Source of the DNA: Bacteroidales bacterium UBA1181
GTDB lineage: Bacteria; Bacteroidota; Bacteroidia; Bacteroidales; Paludibacteraceae
Assembly: GCA_002310215.1 (NCBI GenBank)
Contig: DBYR01000013.1
Span: 147,137 to 211,136 of the forward strand
Direction: 5' to 3'
Length of the DNA: 64,000 nt
Within the stretch, counting starts at the first letter, position 1; each line of letters opens with the position of its first letter. Shown piece by piece: positions 63,558-64,000 of this stretch. The notes under the pieces were generated by a model. The model saw nothing but the letters and a program-made list of their open reading frames with translations, was not told where the DNA came from and made no database searches. The position numbers and the translations under genes are program-made.

Positions 63558-64000
63558 TTATAATTCATTCAATTTGAATGTATTTAATCTTTCCCCATCT
63601 CTAGAAGGAGATTTATAAAAATATAGTTTTTTTATGTCATACTTTTTACAAAAAGAAATTAACTCTTTGTTGGGGAAGGTTGCATAATTAAAGTGCGTAG
63701 CATCTATTGGATGAGAAGATTCTATTTTTGTACTATATACAGCCACAGAATAACTTCCATTAATAGCACCCCATATTTCATTATAGTAGTATCCTCTATG
63801 ATAAAACGCAATTATACTATAATGACCATCATTACTACTCCCAAAACATATTCTTACCCTATTAAATTCGTTATCATCAGCCATAATTTCTTCTGACTTT
63901 GAAACATCATTCTGATATTCGATTCCGGCTTTTTTTATTTTCTTGAAGTTTTGGGAATAAGCACCTCCAACGAATATAAACAGAGAAACAATTAATAATA
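63558..64000 (-). CDS. Hypothetical secreted protein; the 5' end lies outside the window
   Basis: The frame of ORF 63558..63884 stays open upstream to position 64000. It encodes ...LLIVSLFIFVGGAYSQNFKKIKKAGIEYQND..., a signal-peptide-like segment, so the true start is probably beyond the window edge. Confidence 0.5.
   Translation of the reverse strand, partial: LLIVSLFIFVGGAYSQNFKKIKKAGIEYQNDVSKSEEIMADDNEFNRVRICFGSSNDGHYSIIAFYHRGYYYNEIWGAINGSYSVAVYSTKIESSHPIDATHFNYATFPNKELISFCKKYDIKKLYFYKSPSRDGERLNTFKLNEL

Overview
This 64-kb window looks like a chromosomal segment from a Bacteroidota (Bacteroidales-like) genome. That assignment rests on TAnnTTTG-type -7 promoter boxes, many T9SS C-terminal sorting domains and Bacteroidota-typical DUF families. 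The backbone has moderately high GC and is densely coded.

Backbone content:
- Housekeeping genes: thyA, folA, folB, rpsO, rsmD, lspA, recO, tcdA, an HU gene, RNase G/E, dCMP deaminase, an S41 protease and a RecD-like helicase.
- Secreted plant-cell-wall enzymes with T9SS C-terminal domains but no SusC/SusD pair: a GH5 cellulase, a GH26-CBM-GH5 mannanase and a GH30-CBM6 xylanase. A cytoplasmic GH94 phosphorylase and an esterase accompany them.
- An 1836-aa T9SS type-B surface protein containing near-identical 513-bp tandem repeats.

Accessory or unusual content:
1. A visibly AT-rich ~4.7-kb island (about 945-5760) lies between the GH94 and GH5 genes. It holds an ABC-type ATPase plus an RloB-like gene pair. 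Divergent from that pair is a tightly coupled three-gene operon: a multi-TM protein, a ComEC-type MBL-fold hydrolase and a small protein with a UBC/E2-like active-site signature. This operon is my best candidate for an undescribed conflict system.
2. A 2011-aa SpvB/FG-GAP/RHS polymorphic toxin carries a hydrophobic Gly-zipper segment and a GIY-YIG (URI)-like C-terminal domain. An overlapping candidate immunity gene follows it, and a decayed Rhs core fragment lies downstream.
3. Two tandem DUF4140/DUF4139 (MuiA-like) paralogs sit next to a TonB-C gene. One paralog has an embedded SusC-type CarboxypepD_reg+Plug cassette but no barrel.
4. A Trp-Trp leader-peptide attenuator lies upstream of a stand-alone trpB2.
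5. A ~135-bp regulatory repeat carrying a perfect 14-bp palindrome is duplicated upstream of two enzyme genes.
6. A 29-aa bS22-like gene is missing from the ORF track.
7. An N-terminally truncated Y1/RAYT-like transposase contains REP-like palindromes and abuts a second AT-rich segment at the right edge.

No rRNA, tRNA or CRISPR array was seen. All family assignments come from reading motifs by eye and need HMM or structure confirmation.
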